Below, one piece after another: positions 9,401 through 17,491 of a DNA stretch of 64,000 nucleotides. Under the pieces are notes generated by a model. The model was not told where the DNA came from and did not search any database. It worked only from the letters and a program-made list of their open reading frames with translations. The position numbers and the translations under genes were made by a program. The stretch comes from Gelidibacter sp. (GTDB lineage: Bacteria > Bacteroidota > Bacteroidia > Flavobacteriales > Flavobacteriaceae): NCBI GenBank assembly GCA_041391965.1, contig JAWKMZ010000003.1, positions 68,102 through 132,101 on the forward strand, in the 5' to 3' direction. Each line of letters opens with the position of its first letter. Positions within the stretch are counted from its first letter, which is position 1.

Positions 9401-12400
9401 GTTGTATTTACAGCACATGATGATTGTGGTAACACGTCTAAAACATCAGCAACCTTTACAATAGTTGATACAACAGCACCAACTATTACTGATGCTGAAG
9501 ATATGACAGTAGAATGTGATGGACAAGGAAATGTAGAAGCACTTAACGCTTGGTTAGCCAACTATGGTGGAGCCACTGCAGAAGATACGTGTTCAGGTGT
9601 GACTTGGTCAAATAATTTTGAAGCTTTATCTGATGATTGTGGTGCAACTGGTTCAGCAACTGTTGAATTTACAGCAACTGATGATTGTGGTAATTATTCA
9701 AAAACATCAGCTACTTTTACTATTGTGGATACAACTGCACCAACTATTACTGATGCTGAAGACATGACAGTAGAATGTGATGGACAAGGAAATGTAGAAG
9801 CACTTAACGCTTGGTTAGCCAACTATGGTGGAGCTACTGCAGAAGATACGTGTTCAGGTGTGACTTGGTCAAATAATTTTGATGGTTTGTCTGATGATTG
9901 TGGTGCTACAGGTTCAGCAACTGTTGAATTTACAGCAACTGATGATTGTGGTAACTATTCAAAAACATCAGCTACCTTTACTATAGTAGACACTACAGCT
10001 CCAGGATTTGAAGTTGAAGCACAAGATATGACCGTTGAATGTGATGGTCAAGGAAATGCAGATGCTTTAGCAGCTTGGTTGGAAAGTAATGGAGGGGCTT
10101 TAGCTTATGATAATTGTTCTGGTGTTACTTGGACAAATGACTTTACAGCTTTATCCGATGATTGTGGTGCAACAGGTTCAGCAACTGTTGAATTTACAGC
10201 AACCGATGATTGTGGTAACAATTCTAAAACATCAGCCACGTTCACTATAGTAGATACTACAGCACCTACGTTTACCTATGTGCCAGAAAATCTTTTATTA
10301 GAATGTGATGAAACCGCACCTGAAGGTAATGCTACTGCAGGTGATACATGTGGTGATACTTCGGTAACGTATCAAGATTATACAGTTAATACACCTTGGA
10401 CTGCTTTTGAACAAGGAAATGGTACTGTTGATTTTAGTAATTTGCCAAGTGGATTTACCGCAACAGGTTCTAATAACTCAGGTGTAAGTGATTCATATTT
10501 TACTGTAGGTTTAACAACTGTTACCAACGTAACCATTTCTTTTGATTGGAGTTTTTCATCAAATGATACAGGTGGTGTATTTGATCCATTAGTGGTTATT
10601 GTTAATAATCAATATGGTGAATTATATAGTGGAAGTAATTCTACAGCATCAGGATCTTTCTCTCAAAGTTTCCCAGCTGGAACTACTTTTGGAATAGGTA
10701 TTTTGACAGAAGATGATATTTTTGGAAGTGCGAGTGTGGTAATCAGTAATATAAATATTTCGGTTGCACCATACGAATGTCCATTGACAGATGCCTTTAT
10801 ACGTCAATTTACAGCAACAGATGCTTGTGGTAATACATCAATTGCAAATCAGGTGATTGCTTTCCAAGACACTACTGCACCAGTTATTGAGCCTCAAGCT
10901 CAAGACATGACTGTTGAGTGTGATGGACAAGGTAATCAAGCAGCATTAGAGGCATGGTTAGCTTCTAATGGAGGTGCATCAGCAACAGATAATTGTTCTG
11001 AAATTACTTGGTCTAATGACTTTGAAGCCTTATCTGATGATTGTGGTGCAACAGGTTCCGCTACAGTAACGTTTACTGTTACAGATGCTTGTGGAAATGC
11101 TTCTACAACATCAGCAACCTTTACAATAGTTGATACAACAGCACCAACTATTACTGATGCTGAAGATATGACAGTAGAATGTGATGGACAAGGTAATGTA
11201 GAAGCACTTAACGCTTGGTTAGCCAACTATGGTGGAGCCACTGCAGAAGATACGTGTTCAGGTGTGACTTGGTCAAATAATTTTGACGGTTTATCTGATG
11301 ATTGTGGTGCAACTGGTTCAGCAACTGTTGAATTTACAGCAACTGATGATTGTGGTAACCATTCTAAAACATCAGCCACTTTCACTATAGTTGATACAAC
11401 AGCACCAACTATTACTGATGCTGAAGATATGACAGTAGAATGTGATGGGCAAGGTAATGTAGAAGCACTTAACGCTTGGTTAGCCAACAATGGTGGAGCT
11501 ACTGCAGAAGATACGTGTTCAGGTGTGACTTGGTCAAATAATTTTGACGGTTTATCTGATGATTGTGGTGCTACAGGTTCAGCAACCGTTGAATTTACAG
11601 CAACTGATGATTGTGGAAACCATTCTAAAACATCAGCAACCTTTACTATTGTTGATACAACTGCACCAGACATTACAGACGCTGCAGATATGACAGTAGA
11701 ATGTGATGGTCAAGGTAATGTGGAAGCACTTAACGCTTGGTTAGCAAACCATGGAGGTGCAACTGCTGAAGATACGTGTTCAGGTATTACTTGGACTAAT
11801 GACTTCACAGCCTTATCCGATGATTGTGGTGCAACAGGTTCAGCAACCGTTGAATTTACAGCAACCGATGATTGTGGAAATTATTCTAAAACATCAGCTA
11901 CTTTCACTATTGAAGATACAACCTTGCCAGTATTGATTGGTCAATTACCAGTGGGTGAGTCTAATGTAAATGCTTGTTTTGCTAATATGCCTCAAAGTTT
12001 GAGCGAAGCAGAAATGGCAGCATTGTACTCTGATGGTTGTAGTGGTATTGTTGTTACAAAAACATCTGTACCATTAGGTGATGATTGTTCTTGGTCAGTA
12101 TTACACAGATATGTGATTTCTGATGAGTGTGGTAATGAATTGCCTCCAGTGAAAGTATATTTCTGGGGTGGTGATAAAACAGCACCTGCTTTAGTTGATG
12201 GTGCCCAAGTACCACAAGGTCAATTAGACATGGAAGCTTGTTACAATGCAATTCCAGAAGCACCAAGTATTGATGATATTAGAGCTTTATATGCTGATAA
12301 TTGTGGTGGTGACGTAATTGTTACTAGCAAAAACAGTGTTACAGGCGATAATTGTTCATGGGATGCAACCTACACCTATACGATTATGGATGGTTGTGGT

Positions 12401-14011
12401 AACAAAGCTGACAACTTAGTTATTAGATATACTGGTGGCGATCATACACCTCCAACTCAAATTGGCGATATTCCTAATGGAGCTAACAGTTTAGACTTGT
12501 GTTTATCTGCAGCACCAGAAGGACCATCAGCAGATGATATCAAGGCATTATTTACAGACAACTGTAGTGATGTAGTAGTTACTAAATCTGATATGGTTTG
12601 GGGCGATGATTGCTCTTGGAATAAAGTATATATCTACCAAGTAGCAGATGAGTGTGGTAACGCATTACCAGAAGTTAAGGTTTGGTATAATGGTGGTGAT
12701 GTTTCAGCACCAGTACAAGAAGCTTGTTTTGATGACGAAGTGATCACTGTTTACACAAACAATGGTGCTGAGTGTCCAGCAGAAGCTGAAGTATCTTTAA
12801 CTGTTGGTCAAGAAGTAACCAATACAACGCAATGGACAGTTGCAGGAATTACGACTAAATCTATATTTGGTTGTTTCTCTGATAACTGTACAGCTGCTGA
12901 TGATTTAACTTATGTGGTTACAGATAAGTCTAAAACACAAGATGGTTGCTCAGCAATTTTAACAGTATCCTTTGATGTTGTTGACCACTGTGGCAATGCT
13001 ACACCATTTGTTGCAACCTTTGTTGTGGTAGATGATACTGCACCTGTGGTAACTTGTCCAGAAGACCAAGACTTTGGTTTAAACCCAGCAATGAATAATG
13101 ATGGAACACCAGTTGGTGTAGCTGATAAAGCTGCCTATACTGATAACTGTCAAGGTGCTGGTGAGACGACCACTTATACAGATGAGTTAAGTTCTTCAAC
13201 AGGTAGTGCTACTGAGAAACAAATTACATTCTCTTGTACCACACCAAATGGAGTATTTTCTTATGTATTTGAGCGTAGTAATTATTGGAATCCTGATGGT
13301 ACATATGAAGGGCATCCATATTACCAAGCGGTTAACTTGCCTTATTTTGTAGAGTTATTCTATTACGATAGCGGTTATTATATATTTGACGAAGAACAAT
13401 ATGCAAATCCACTTATTGCATATGGAACTTATGATGATGCACCATGTGATATCAATTCATATACTAATAATACACAATGTGAATTTGAGGTTTCATGTAC
13501 AGCAACTGGTGGTAGCCCAGATAATTACACTTTAGTAAGAACATTTACTGCTGACGATGGATGTGGTAATGTTGGAACATGTAGTGTAACTTATACTTGG
13601 GCAGAAGGTGCTCAAGCAGTTCCTTCACAAAACCAAGGAAATGCTCTTACTCAATTACCATGTAGTATTATTAATGGTTCATTAAATAATAGCACAAATA
13701 GTGGTACAACTGCAAGAGTGGCTCAAGGAGATGTGAAGATAGACTTTACAGCATATCCTGTACCATTTGATAAAGAAGTGAACATTGCTTACTCATTTGA
13801 TTTTGATACCAACGTAACTATTGAATTATATGATACTAAAGGATTGTTAATCCACAGTGTTGTTAACAATAGATATGTTAAAGGTTCTAAAGACAAAGCT
13901 TATTTTGACTTGTCAAGAACTGCTAATCAAATGTTCTATGTGAAGTTGACTACAAGTCAAGGTTCGGTTACTAAGAAAATTGTTTCTTCGTCACCAAACA
14001 GACGTAATTAA
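6473..14011 (+). CDS. Giant (2,512 aa) secreted cysteine-rich repeat protein with T9SS type-A C-terminal sorting domain; probable cell-surface adhesin
   Basis: Single uninterrupted ORF. Hydrophobic signal-like core (AFAFLALFLFSISSVLGQ) at aa ~38-56. About 25 Ig/HYR-like units, each ending DxCGN...(I/V)xDxxxP. C-terminus (YPVPFDKEVNIAYSF...IELYDTKGLLIHS...FYVKLTTSQGSVTKKIV) matches the Por/T9SS sorting-domain pattern. Start could be ATG 6473 or 6479. Confidence 0.85.
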   Translation: MFMSNFTRSGGRANFWQATSNLSCCSIDSFTKQLKGIKAFAFLALFLFSISSVLGQSTERTSFYNLCINNVPSGPSEADVAAMFASQCPNDDAYVVKSSVLSGDNCDWQVIYTYDVKCGEFETQIKILMIGGDRTAPTLNSGAQIPENQENLNLCFSAIPEGPSEADIAALYSDNCTSVNVTKTGTPSGTDCEWSVTYTYTIVDDCGNAAPNVEITYSGGDTKAPKLKKGSTIPQGDLNVNACFLNKSQGPTEAEIAALYQDNCSSEITVVKTSYSKGTDCKWLAIYDYTISDACGNFAPPIKITYQGRDMDAPTLNGVPQDITVNCIDEIPNPKKVSATDNCAQNLGKVSYSQDSSNLGLACAGGTVVRTWTISDPCGNTTTASQTITVLPAPEAEFSTPQDYTISCDEVPNFQPIPLHYSNGIEAGACAINGDAQGTYEPFAGSCGSFVVNYTFSDACERTINASLTVTVVDNTPPVVTPAQDMTVQCDGQGNVDALAAWLASNGGATGTDTCSDVTWTNNFTALSDDCGATGSATVEFTAHDACGNTEKTSATFTIVDTENPSIDEVAHDMTVECDGQGNADALAAWLASNGGAEASDNCSGVTWSNNFQALSDGCGATGSATVVFLATDACGNSSKTIATFTIEDTTAPDVVPAQDMTVDCDGQGNTEALAAWLASNGGATATDACSDVTWSNNFDGLSDGCGATGSATVEFTATDACGNDTKTSATFTIRDINSPPITLAAQDMTVECDGQGNTEALAAWLASNGGASAYDLCSEITWSNDFEALSDDCGATGSATVMFTVSDECGNSSSTTATFTIEDTTPPSIEPASDMTVQCDGAGNLKDLQDWLAANGGASASDSCSEVYWSNDFTALSDDCGATGSATVTFTVEDACKNMTSTTATFTIVDTINPSIDLEAQNMTVECDGQGNADALAAWLASNGGAAASDGCSGVTWSNDFTALSDDCGATGSALVVFTAHDDCGNTSKTSATFTIVDTTAPTITDAEDMTVECDGQGNVEALNAWLANYGGATAEDTCSGVTWSNNFEALSDDCGATGSATVEFTATDDCGNYSKTSATFTIVDTTAPTITDAEDMTVECDGQGNVEALNAWLANYGGATAEDTCSGVTWSNNFDGLSDDCGATGSATVEFTATDDCGNYSKTSATFTIVDTTAPGFEVEAQDMTVECDGQGNADALAAWLESNGGALAYDNCSGVTWTNDFTALSDDCGATGSATVEFTATDDCGNNSKTSATFTIVDTTAPTFTYVPENLLLECDETAPEGNATAGDTCGDTSVTYQDYTVNTPWTAFEQGNGTVDFSNLPSGFTATGSNNSGVSDSYFTVGLTTVTNVTISFDWSFSSNDTGGVFDPLVVIVNNQYGELYSGSNSTASGSFSQSFPAGTTFGIGILTEDDIFGSASVVISNINISVAPYECPLTDAFIRQFTATDACGNTSIANQVIAFQDTTAPVIEPQAQDMTVECDGQGNQAALEAWLASNGGASATDNCSEITWSNDFEALSDDCGATGSATVTFTVTDACGNASTTSATFTIVDTTAPTITDAEDMTVECDGQGNVEALNAWLANYGGATAEDTCSGVTWSNNFDGLSDDCGATGSATVEFTATDDCGNHSKTSATFTIVDTTAPTITDAEDMTVECDGQGNVEALNAWLANNGGATAEDTCSGVTWSNNFDGLSDDCGATGSATVEFTATDDCGNHSKTSATFTIVDTTAPDITDAADMTVECDGQGNVEALNAWLANHGGATAEDTCSGITWTNDFTALSDDCGATGSATVEFTATDDCGNYSKTSATFTIEDTTLPVLIGQLPVGESNVNACFANMPQSLSEAEMAALYSDGCSGIVVTKTSVPLGDDCSWSVLHRYVISDECGNELPPVKVYFWGGDKTAPALVDGAQVPQGQLDMEACYNAIPEAPSIDDIRALYADNCGGDVIVTSKNSVTGDNCSWDATYTYTIMDGCGNKADNLVIRYTGGDHTPPTQIGDIPNGANSLDLCLSAAPEGPSADDIKALFTDNCSDVVVTKSDMVWGDDCSWNKVYIYQVADECGNALPEVKVWYNGGDVSAPVQEACFDDEVITVYTNNGAECPAEAEVSLTVGQEVTNTTQWTVAGITTKSIFGCFSDNCTAADDLTYVVTDKSKTQDGCSAILTVSFDVVDHCGNATPFVATFVVVDDTAPVVTCPEDQDFGLNPAMNNDGTPVGVADKAAYTDNCQGAGETTTYTDELSSSTGSATEKQITFSCTTPNGVFSYVFERSNYWNPDGTYEGHPYYQAVNLPYFVELFYYDSGYYIFDEEQYANPLIAYGTYDDAPCDINSYTNNTQCEFEVSCTATGGSPDNYTLVRTFTADDGCGNVGTCSVTYTWAEGAQAVPSQNQGNALTQLPCSIINGSLNNSTNSGTTARVAQGDVKIDFTAYPVPFDKEVNIAYSFDFDTNVTIELYDTKGLLIHSVVNNRYVKGSKDKAYFDLSRTANQMFYVKLTTSQGSVTKKIVSSSPNRRN
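6660..7420 (+). repeat. Three tandem in-frame type-A units (~85 aa) at the N-terminal side of the giant protein
   Basis: Units share CFxxxPxGPSEA(E/D)IAALYxDNCxxxxVxKT...G(T/D)DCxWxxxYxYTIxDxCGNxxPxxxIxYxGGDxxAP. Confidence 0.8.
7900..10265 (+). repeat. Nine tandem in-frame copies of a 261-264 bp (87-88 aa) type-B unit
   Basis: Consensus from the translation: A(Q/E)DMTVECDGQGNxEALxAWLAxxGGAxAxDxCSxVTWSNxFxALSDDCGATGSATVEFTATDxCGNxSKTSATFTIVDTTAPxIxx. Copies 7 and 8 (9481 vs 9742) are about 95% identical at nucleotide level by eye. Confidence 0.9.
10870..11925 (+). repeat. Four further type-B units after the expanded unit
   Basis: Same consensus as 7900-10265. 11107-11286 differs from 9442-9621 at a single position in my by-eye alignment. 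Confidence 0.9.
11940..12720 (+). repeat. Three type-A units on the C-terminal side of the type-B array
   Basis: NACFANMPQSLSEAEMAALYSDGC..., EACYNAIPEAPSIDDIRALYADNC..., LCLSAAPEGPSADDIKALFTDNC...; each ends ...DxCGNxxxxxxVxYxGGDxxxP, as in 6660-7420. Confidence 0.8.
13740..14008 (+). other. Region encoding the T9SS type-A C-terminal sorting domain of the giant protein
   Basis: Last ~90 aa: DFTAYPVPFDKEVNIAYSFDFDTNVTIELYDTKGLLIHSVV...MFYVKLTTSQGSVTKKIVSS. This shows the (Y)P(N/V)P...I.(L/I)YD..G..V...G.Y.V.L pattern. Confidence 0.8.
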
Positions 14012-14035
14012 CTGGTTAAATCCTAATTAATTTAA

Positions 14036-14065
14036 AAGGCAGCTATTTTATAGCTGCCTTTTTTT
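14036..14065 (+). terminator. Intrinsic terminator of the giant gene
   Basis: aaggcagcta-tttta-tagctgcctt: 10-bp perfect stem followed by a T-run, 25 nt after the stop codon. Confidence 0.85.
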
Positions 14066-14221
14066 ATACTTTACTTTTTTAAACGTTGCAAGCTAAAATG
14101 CAAACGTCATAAAATATCCATGTTTTTTAAGTGTGTTTTGTGGCTTTTTTAAATAAAGAGCCTTGTCTGTTAGGAGTCTTGCTTAAGATAAAAAAGGAGA
14201 GAAGAACAGAAGTAATGCTTT

Positions 14222-14614
14222 CTATTTGAATTCAATATTCAAAATAGATTTTGACCATTTAATGGCTTCTTCTATAGTATCAAAGATTTCAAAAGGTTTG
14301 TTTAAAAAAAGCTTTTCAACTTCAGCATTTGACTTTGCTTTAAAATCTTTAGATACTACAGCAAATCCTTGAAGGTTATCTATTTTAGAAGTTTCAAAAT
14401 AGATTGCAGGATCAACGGAATAAGAATTAATACGATGTGTGATGTAAACAAACTTTTTGTTTACATAATAAGTATCAACAACATTGATTAAAGTTTCATT
14501 ATGTGCAGGCGTTAACGTTACACCTTCATTTATAATAACGACAACGTAATTATCATAAATGTGCATTTCGCAAAAATCGAATTTTAATAAATCTGTCATA
14601 CCTAAAGTTAGCAC
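14222..14614 (-). CDS. Hypothetical small cytoplasmic protein (125-130 aa)
   Basis: ORF-track ORF with no signal peptide and no motif I recognise with confidence; loosely STAS/SpoIIAA-like in size and alternation. Alternative start MTDLLKF at 14599. It sits immediately after the clpC terminator. Confidence 0.45.
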   Translation of the reverse strand: MLTLGMTDLLKFDFCEMHIYDNYVVVIINEGVTLTPAHNETLINVVDTYYVNKKFVYITHRINSYSVDPAIYFETSKIDNLQGFAVVSKDFKAKSNAEVEKLFLNKPFEIFDTIEEAIKWSKSILNIEFK

Positions 14615-14631
14615 ATCTAAAAATCAAAACC

Positions 14632-14671
14632 AAAAAAAAAGCACCTTTAAATTTAAAGGTGCTTTTTTTTT
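14632..14671. terminator. Bidirectional intrinsic terminator downstream of clpC
   Basis: A9 - gcacctttaaatttaaaggtgc (22-nt perfect palindrome) - T9, located 14 nt after the clpC stop. Confidence 0.9.
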
Positions 14672-14684
14672 GGTTATCAGTATA

Positions 14685-17231
14685 TTAAGATTCTGTGTGT
14701 TTTTCAGATTTTTCAATCTTTACAACCAATTCATTAGTCTTGCTATCTAAATCCATAATAATTTTGTCACCTTCGTGTATATGAGCTGTAATTATTTCTT
14801 CGGCCAAAGTGTCTTCTACATACTTTTGAATGGCACGTTTTAATGGTCTTGCGCCATATTGCTGGTCAAATCCTTTATCAGCAATATAATCTTTAGCTTT
14901 TGAAGTCAGCTTAAGTTCATATCCTAAATCTTTAATTCTGACAATGAGTTTTTCCAATTCAATATCAATAATTTTATTAATATCATCTTTTTCTAAGGTG
15001 TTGAATACCATAACATCATCAATTCTATTTAAAAATTCTGGCGCAAAAGCTTTTTTGAGTGCATTTTCAATAATACTTTTTGAATTTTCATTGGCTTGAG
15101 CTTCTTTTGCAGCAGTTCCAAAACCGACACCTTGTCCAAAATCTTTTAATTTGCGAGCTCCAATATTGGAAGTCATGATAATAATGGTGTTTCTAAAATC
15201 TATTTTTCTGCCAAGGCTGTCTGTAAGGTAGCCATCATCTAATACTTGTAATAGCATGTTAAACACATCTGGATGTGCCTTTTCAATTTCATCTAATAAA
15301 ACAACTGCATAAGGTTTGCGTCTAATTTTTTCTGTTAATTGACCACCTTCTTCATAACCAACATAGCCTGGAGGCGCGCCAACTAATCTTGAAATTGCAA
15401 ATTTTTCCATGTATTCACTCATGTCAATTCTTACCAAAGCATCTTCACTATCAAATAACTCACGTGCCAATACTTTAGCTAATTGCGTTTTACCAACGCC
15501 TGTTTGTCCTAAAAAGATAAAGGAGCCAATAGGTTTGTTTGGGTCTTTAAGTCCTGCACGATTGCGTTGAATAGCTTTAACCACCTTGGCAACGGCTTCA
15601 TCCTGACCAATCACTTTTCCTTTAATGAGTTCTGGTAATTTGGCAAGTTTGTTGCTTTCGGTTTGGGCAATTCTATTAACAGGAATACCAGTCATCATTG
15701 AAACGACGTCTGCAACATTGTCTTCAGTCACAATTTCTTTGTGTAATTTGGTTTCTTCTTCCCATTTTTCCTGAGCAATAGCTAAGTCTTTTTCAAGGCG
15801 TTTTTCGTCATCTCTAAGTTTAGCAGCCTCTTCATATTTTTGTTTTTTAACAACGGTGTTTTTGGTTTCTTTAACGGCTTCCAGTTGTTTTTCGAGTTCT
15901 AAAATTTGTTTTGGAACATCAATATTAGTGATATGAACACGAGAACCTGCTTCATCTAAAGCATCAATGGCTTTGTCTGGCAAAAAGCGTTCCGTCATGT
16001 AACGGTTGGTTAATTTTACACAGGCTTCAATGGCTTCGTCAGTATATTCAACATTGTGATGCTCTTCATATTTTTCCTTGATATTATTAAGGATTTGAAT
16101 GGTTTCTTCAACCGTTGTTGGCTCTACAATTACCTTTTGAAAGCGACGTTCTAAAGCACCATCTTTTTCTATATATTGTCTGTATTCATCTAAAGTTGTA
16201 GCGCCAATACATTGAATTTCACCTCGCGCCAAAGCAGGCTTAAACATATTGGAAGCGTCTAAACTTCCTGTTGCACCACCAGCACCAACAATGGTATGAA
16301 TTTCATCAATAAAAAGGATGATGTCATCATTTTTTTCCAATTCATTCATAACGGCTTTCATGCGTTCTTCAAACTGTCCACGATATTTTGTGCCAGCAAC
16401 CAAACTTGCTAAATCTAAGGTAACAACCCGTTTGTTGAATAATATTCTGGACACTTTTCGTTTAATGATTCTTAATGCCAAACCTTCGGCTATGGCTGAT
16501 TTACCAACTCCTGGTTCGCCAATTAATAATGGGTTATTTTTTTTGCGTCTGCTCAAAATTTGAGACACGCGTTGTATTTCTTTTTCTCGGCCAACCACAG
16601 GATCTAATTTACCTTCTTCAGCAAGCACAGTTAAATCGCGTCCAAAATTATCTAAAACAGGTGTTTTAGATTTTTTGTTTGTTTTAGACCCAGATTGGTT
16701 AAAAGGGTTTTGTTTGTCATCATCTTCATTGATATCATCATCAGAAAAAGACTCCGCTTTTGGAGTTTCTGTATAATCATCATCGTTTGTTATCATAAGT
16801 TTAAATTGTTCTTTTACGTTATCATAATCAACTTTAAGCTTGTTTAAGAGCTTAGTGGTTGGATCATTTTCATTTCTTAAAATGCACAATAATAAATGTG
16901 CTGTGTTAATAGAGGTGCTTTGAAACAGTTTTGCTTCTAAAAAGGTAGTTTTTAAAGCACGCTCAGCTTGTCTGGTTAAGTGTAGGTTCTTTTTTTCATT
17001 AGAAGTTGTTGAAACTGTTGGGTTGGCAGGACTCAGTATTTCTACTTTTCGCCTTAGGTGGTTTAAGTCCACCTCTAAAGCGTTGAGTATGTCAATAGCT
17101 TTACCATTGCCATCGCGAAGCAAGCCCAACATTAAATGTTCAGTTCCTATAAAATCGTGTCCTAAACGTAAGGCTTCTTCTTTGCTGTACGCTATAACAT
17201 CCTTAACTCTTGGGGAAAAATTATCGTCCAT
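14685..17231 (-). CDS. clpC: ATP-dependent Clp protease ATP-binding subunit ClpC (class I AAA+ chaperone)
   Basis: 848 aa. Duplicated Clp_N repeat at the N-terminus. Two Walker A boxes (GEPGVGKSAIAEGLA; GQTGVGKTQLAKVLA). UVR-like coiled linker (KKQKYEEAAKLRDDEKRLEKDL) between the AAA modules. Confidence 0.9.
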   Translation of the reverse strand: MDDNFSPRVKDVIAYSKEEALRLGHDFIGTEHLMLGLLRDGNGKAIDILNALEVDLNHLRRKVEILSPANPTVSTTSNEKKNLHLTRQAERALKTTFLEAKLFQSTSINTAHLLLCILRNENDPTTKLLNKLKVDYDNVKEQFKLMITNDDDYTETPKAESFSDDDINEDDDKQNPFNQSGSKTNKKSKTPVLDNFGRDLTVLAEEGKLDPVVGREKEIQRVSQILSRRKKNNPLLIGEPGVGKSAIAEGLALRIIKRKVSRILFNKRVVTLDLASLVAGTKYRGQFEERMKAVMNELEKNDDIILFIDEIHTIVGAGGATGSLDASNMFKPALARGEIQCIGATTLDEYRQYIEKDGALERRFQKVIVEPTTVEETIQILNNIKEKYEEHHNVEYTDEAIEACVKLTNRYMTERFLPDKAIDALDEAGSRVHITNIDVPKQILELEKQLEAVKETKNTVVKKQKYEEAAKLRDDEKRLEKDLAIAQEKWEEETKLHKEIVTEDNVADVVSMMTGIPVNRIAQTESNKLAKLPELIKGKVIGQDEAVAKVVKAIQRNRAGLKDPNKPIGSFIFLGQTGVGKTQLAKVLARELFDSEDALVRIDMSEYMEKFAISRLVGAPPGYVGYEEGGQLTEKIRRKPYAVVLLDEIEKAHPDVFNMLLQVLDDGYLTDSLGRKIDFRNTIIIMTSNIGARKLKDFGQGVGFGTAAKEAQANENSKSIIENALKKAFAPEFLNRIDDVMVFNTLEKDDINKIIDIELEKLIVRIKDLGYELKLTSKAKDYIADKGFDQQYGARPLKRAIQKYVEDTLAEEIITAHIHEGDKIIMDLDSKTNELVVKIEKSEKHTES

Positions 17232-17491
17232 AGTAAATTCCTTTCTGCATTAAAAATAATAAAAACAAGAACATAAAGTCAAAAACTATACCTTAAATGT
17301 TTTCATTATGGCTAATAGACTAAAAAAACTTCAAAAATTCAAAACATTTAACAAGATACTTATCAAATAAAATGGAGATGATATTGTTAATAAAAAAACC
17401 TAAAAAAGCAGTATTAAAATGGCACTACAACTATCAAAATAGTTATCTTAGCACGATTTGAAAACCTACAAAAAATCTAATTAATTTATAT

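Noticed and set aside
7948-11673. Long antisense ORFs inside the giant gene (7948..8682, 9262..9561, 10936..11226, 11227..11673, minus strand), up to 244 aa
   Set aside because: They lie entirely within the repeat array and are themselves periodic (…AEPVAPQSSDK…). The sense-strand codon composition (GCN/ACN/GGN-rich repeats) simply leaves the opposite frame free of stops. They have no independent start context or motifs.
7900-11925. Regular ~261-bp periodicity that could superficially suggest a CRISPR-like or satellite array
   Set aside because: The period is far longer than CRISPR repeat-spacer units and there are no short conserved repeats with unique spacers. The whole array is in frame within one ORF and encodes a conserved protein domain.
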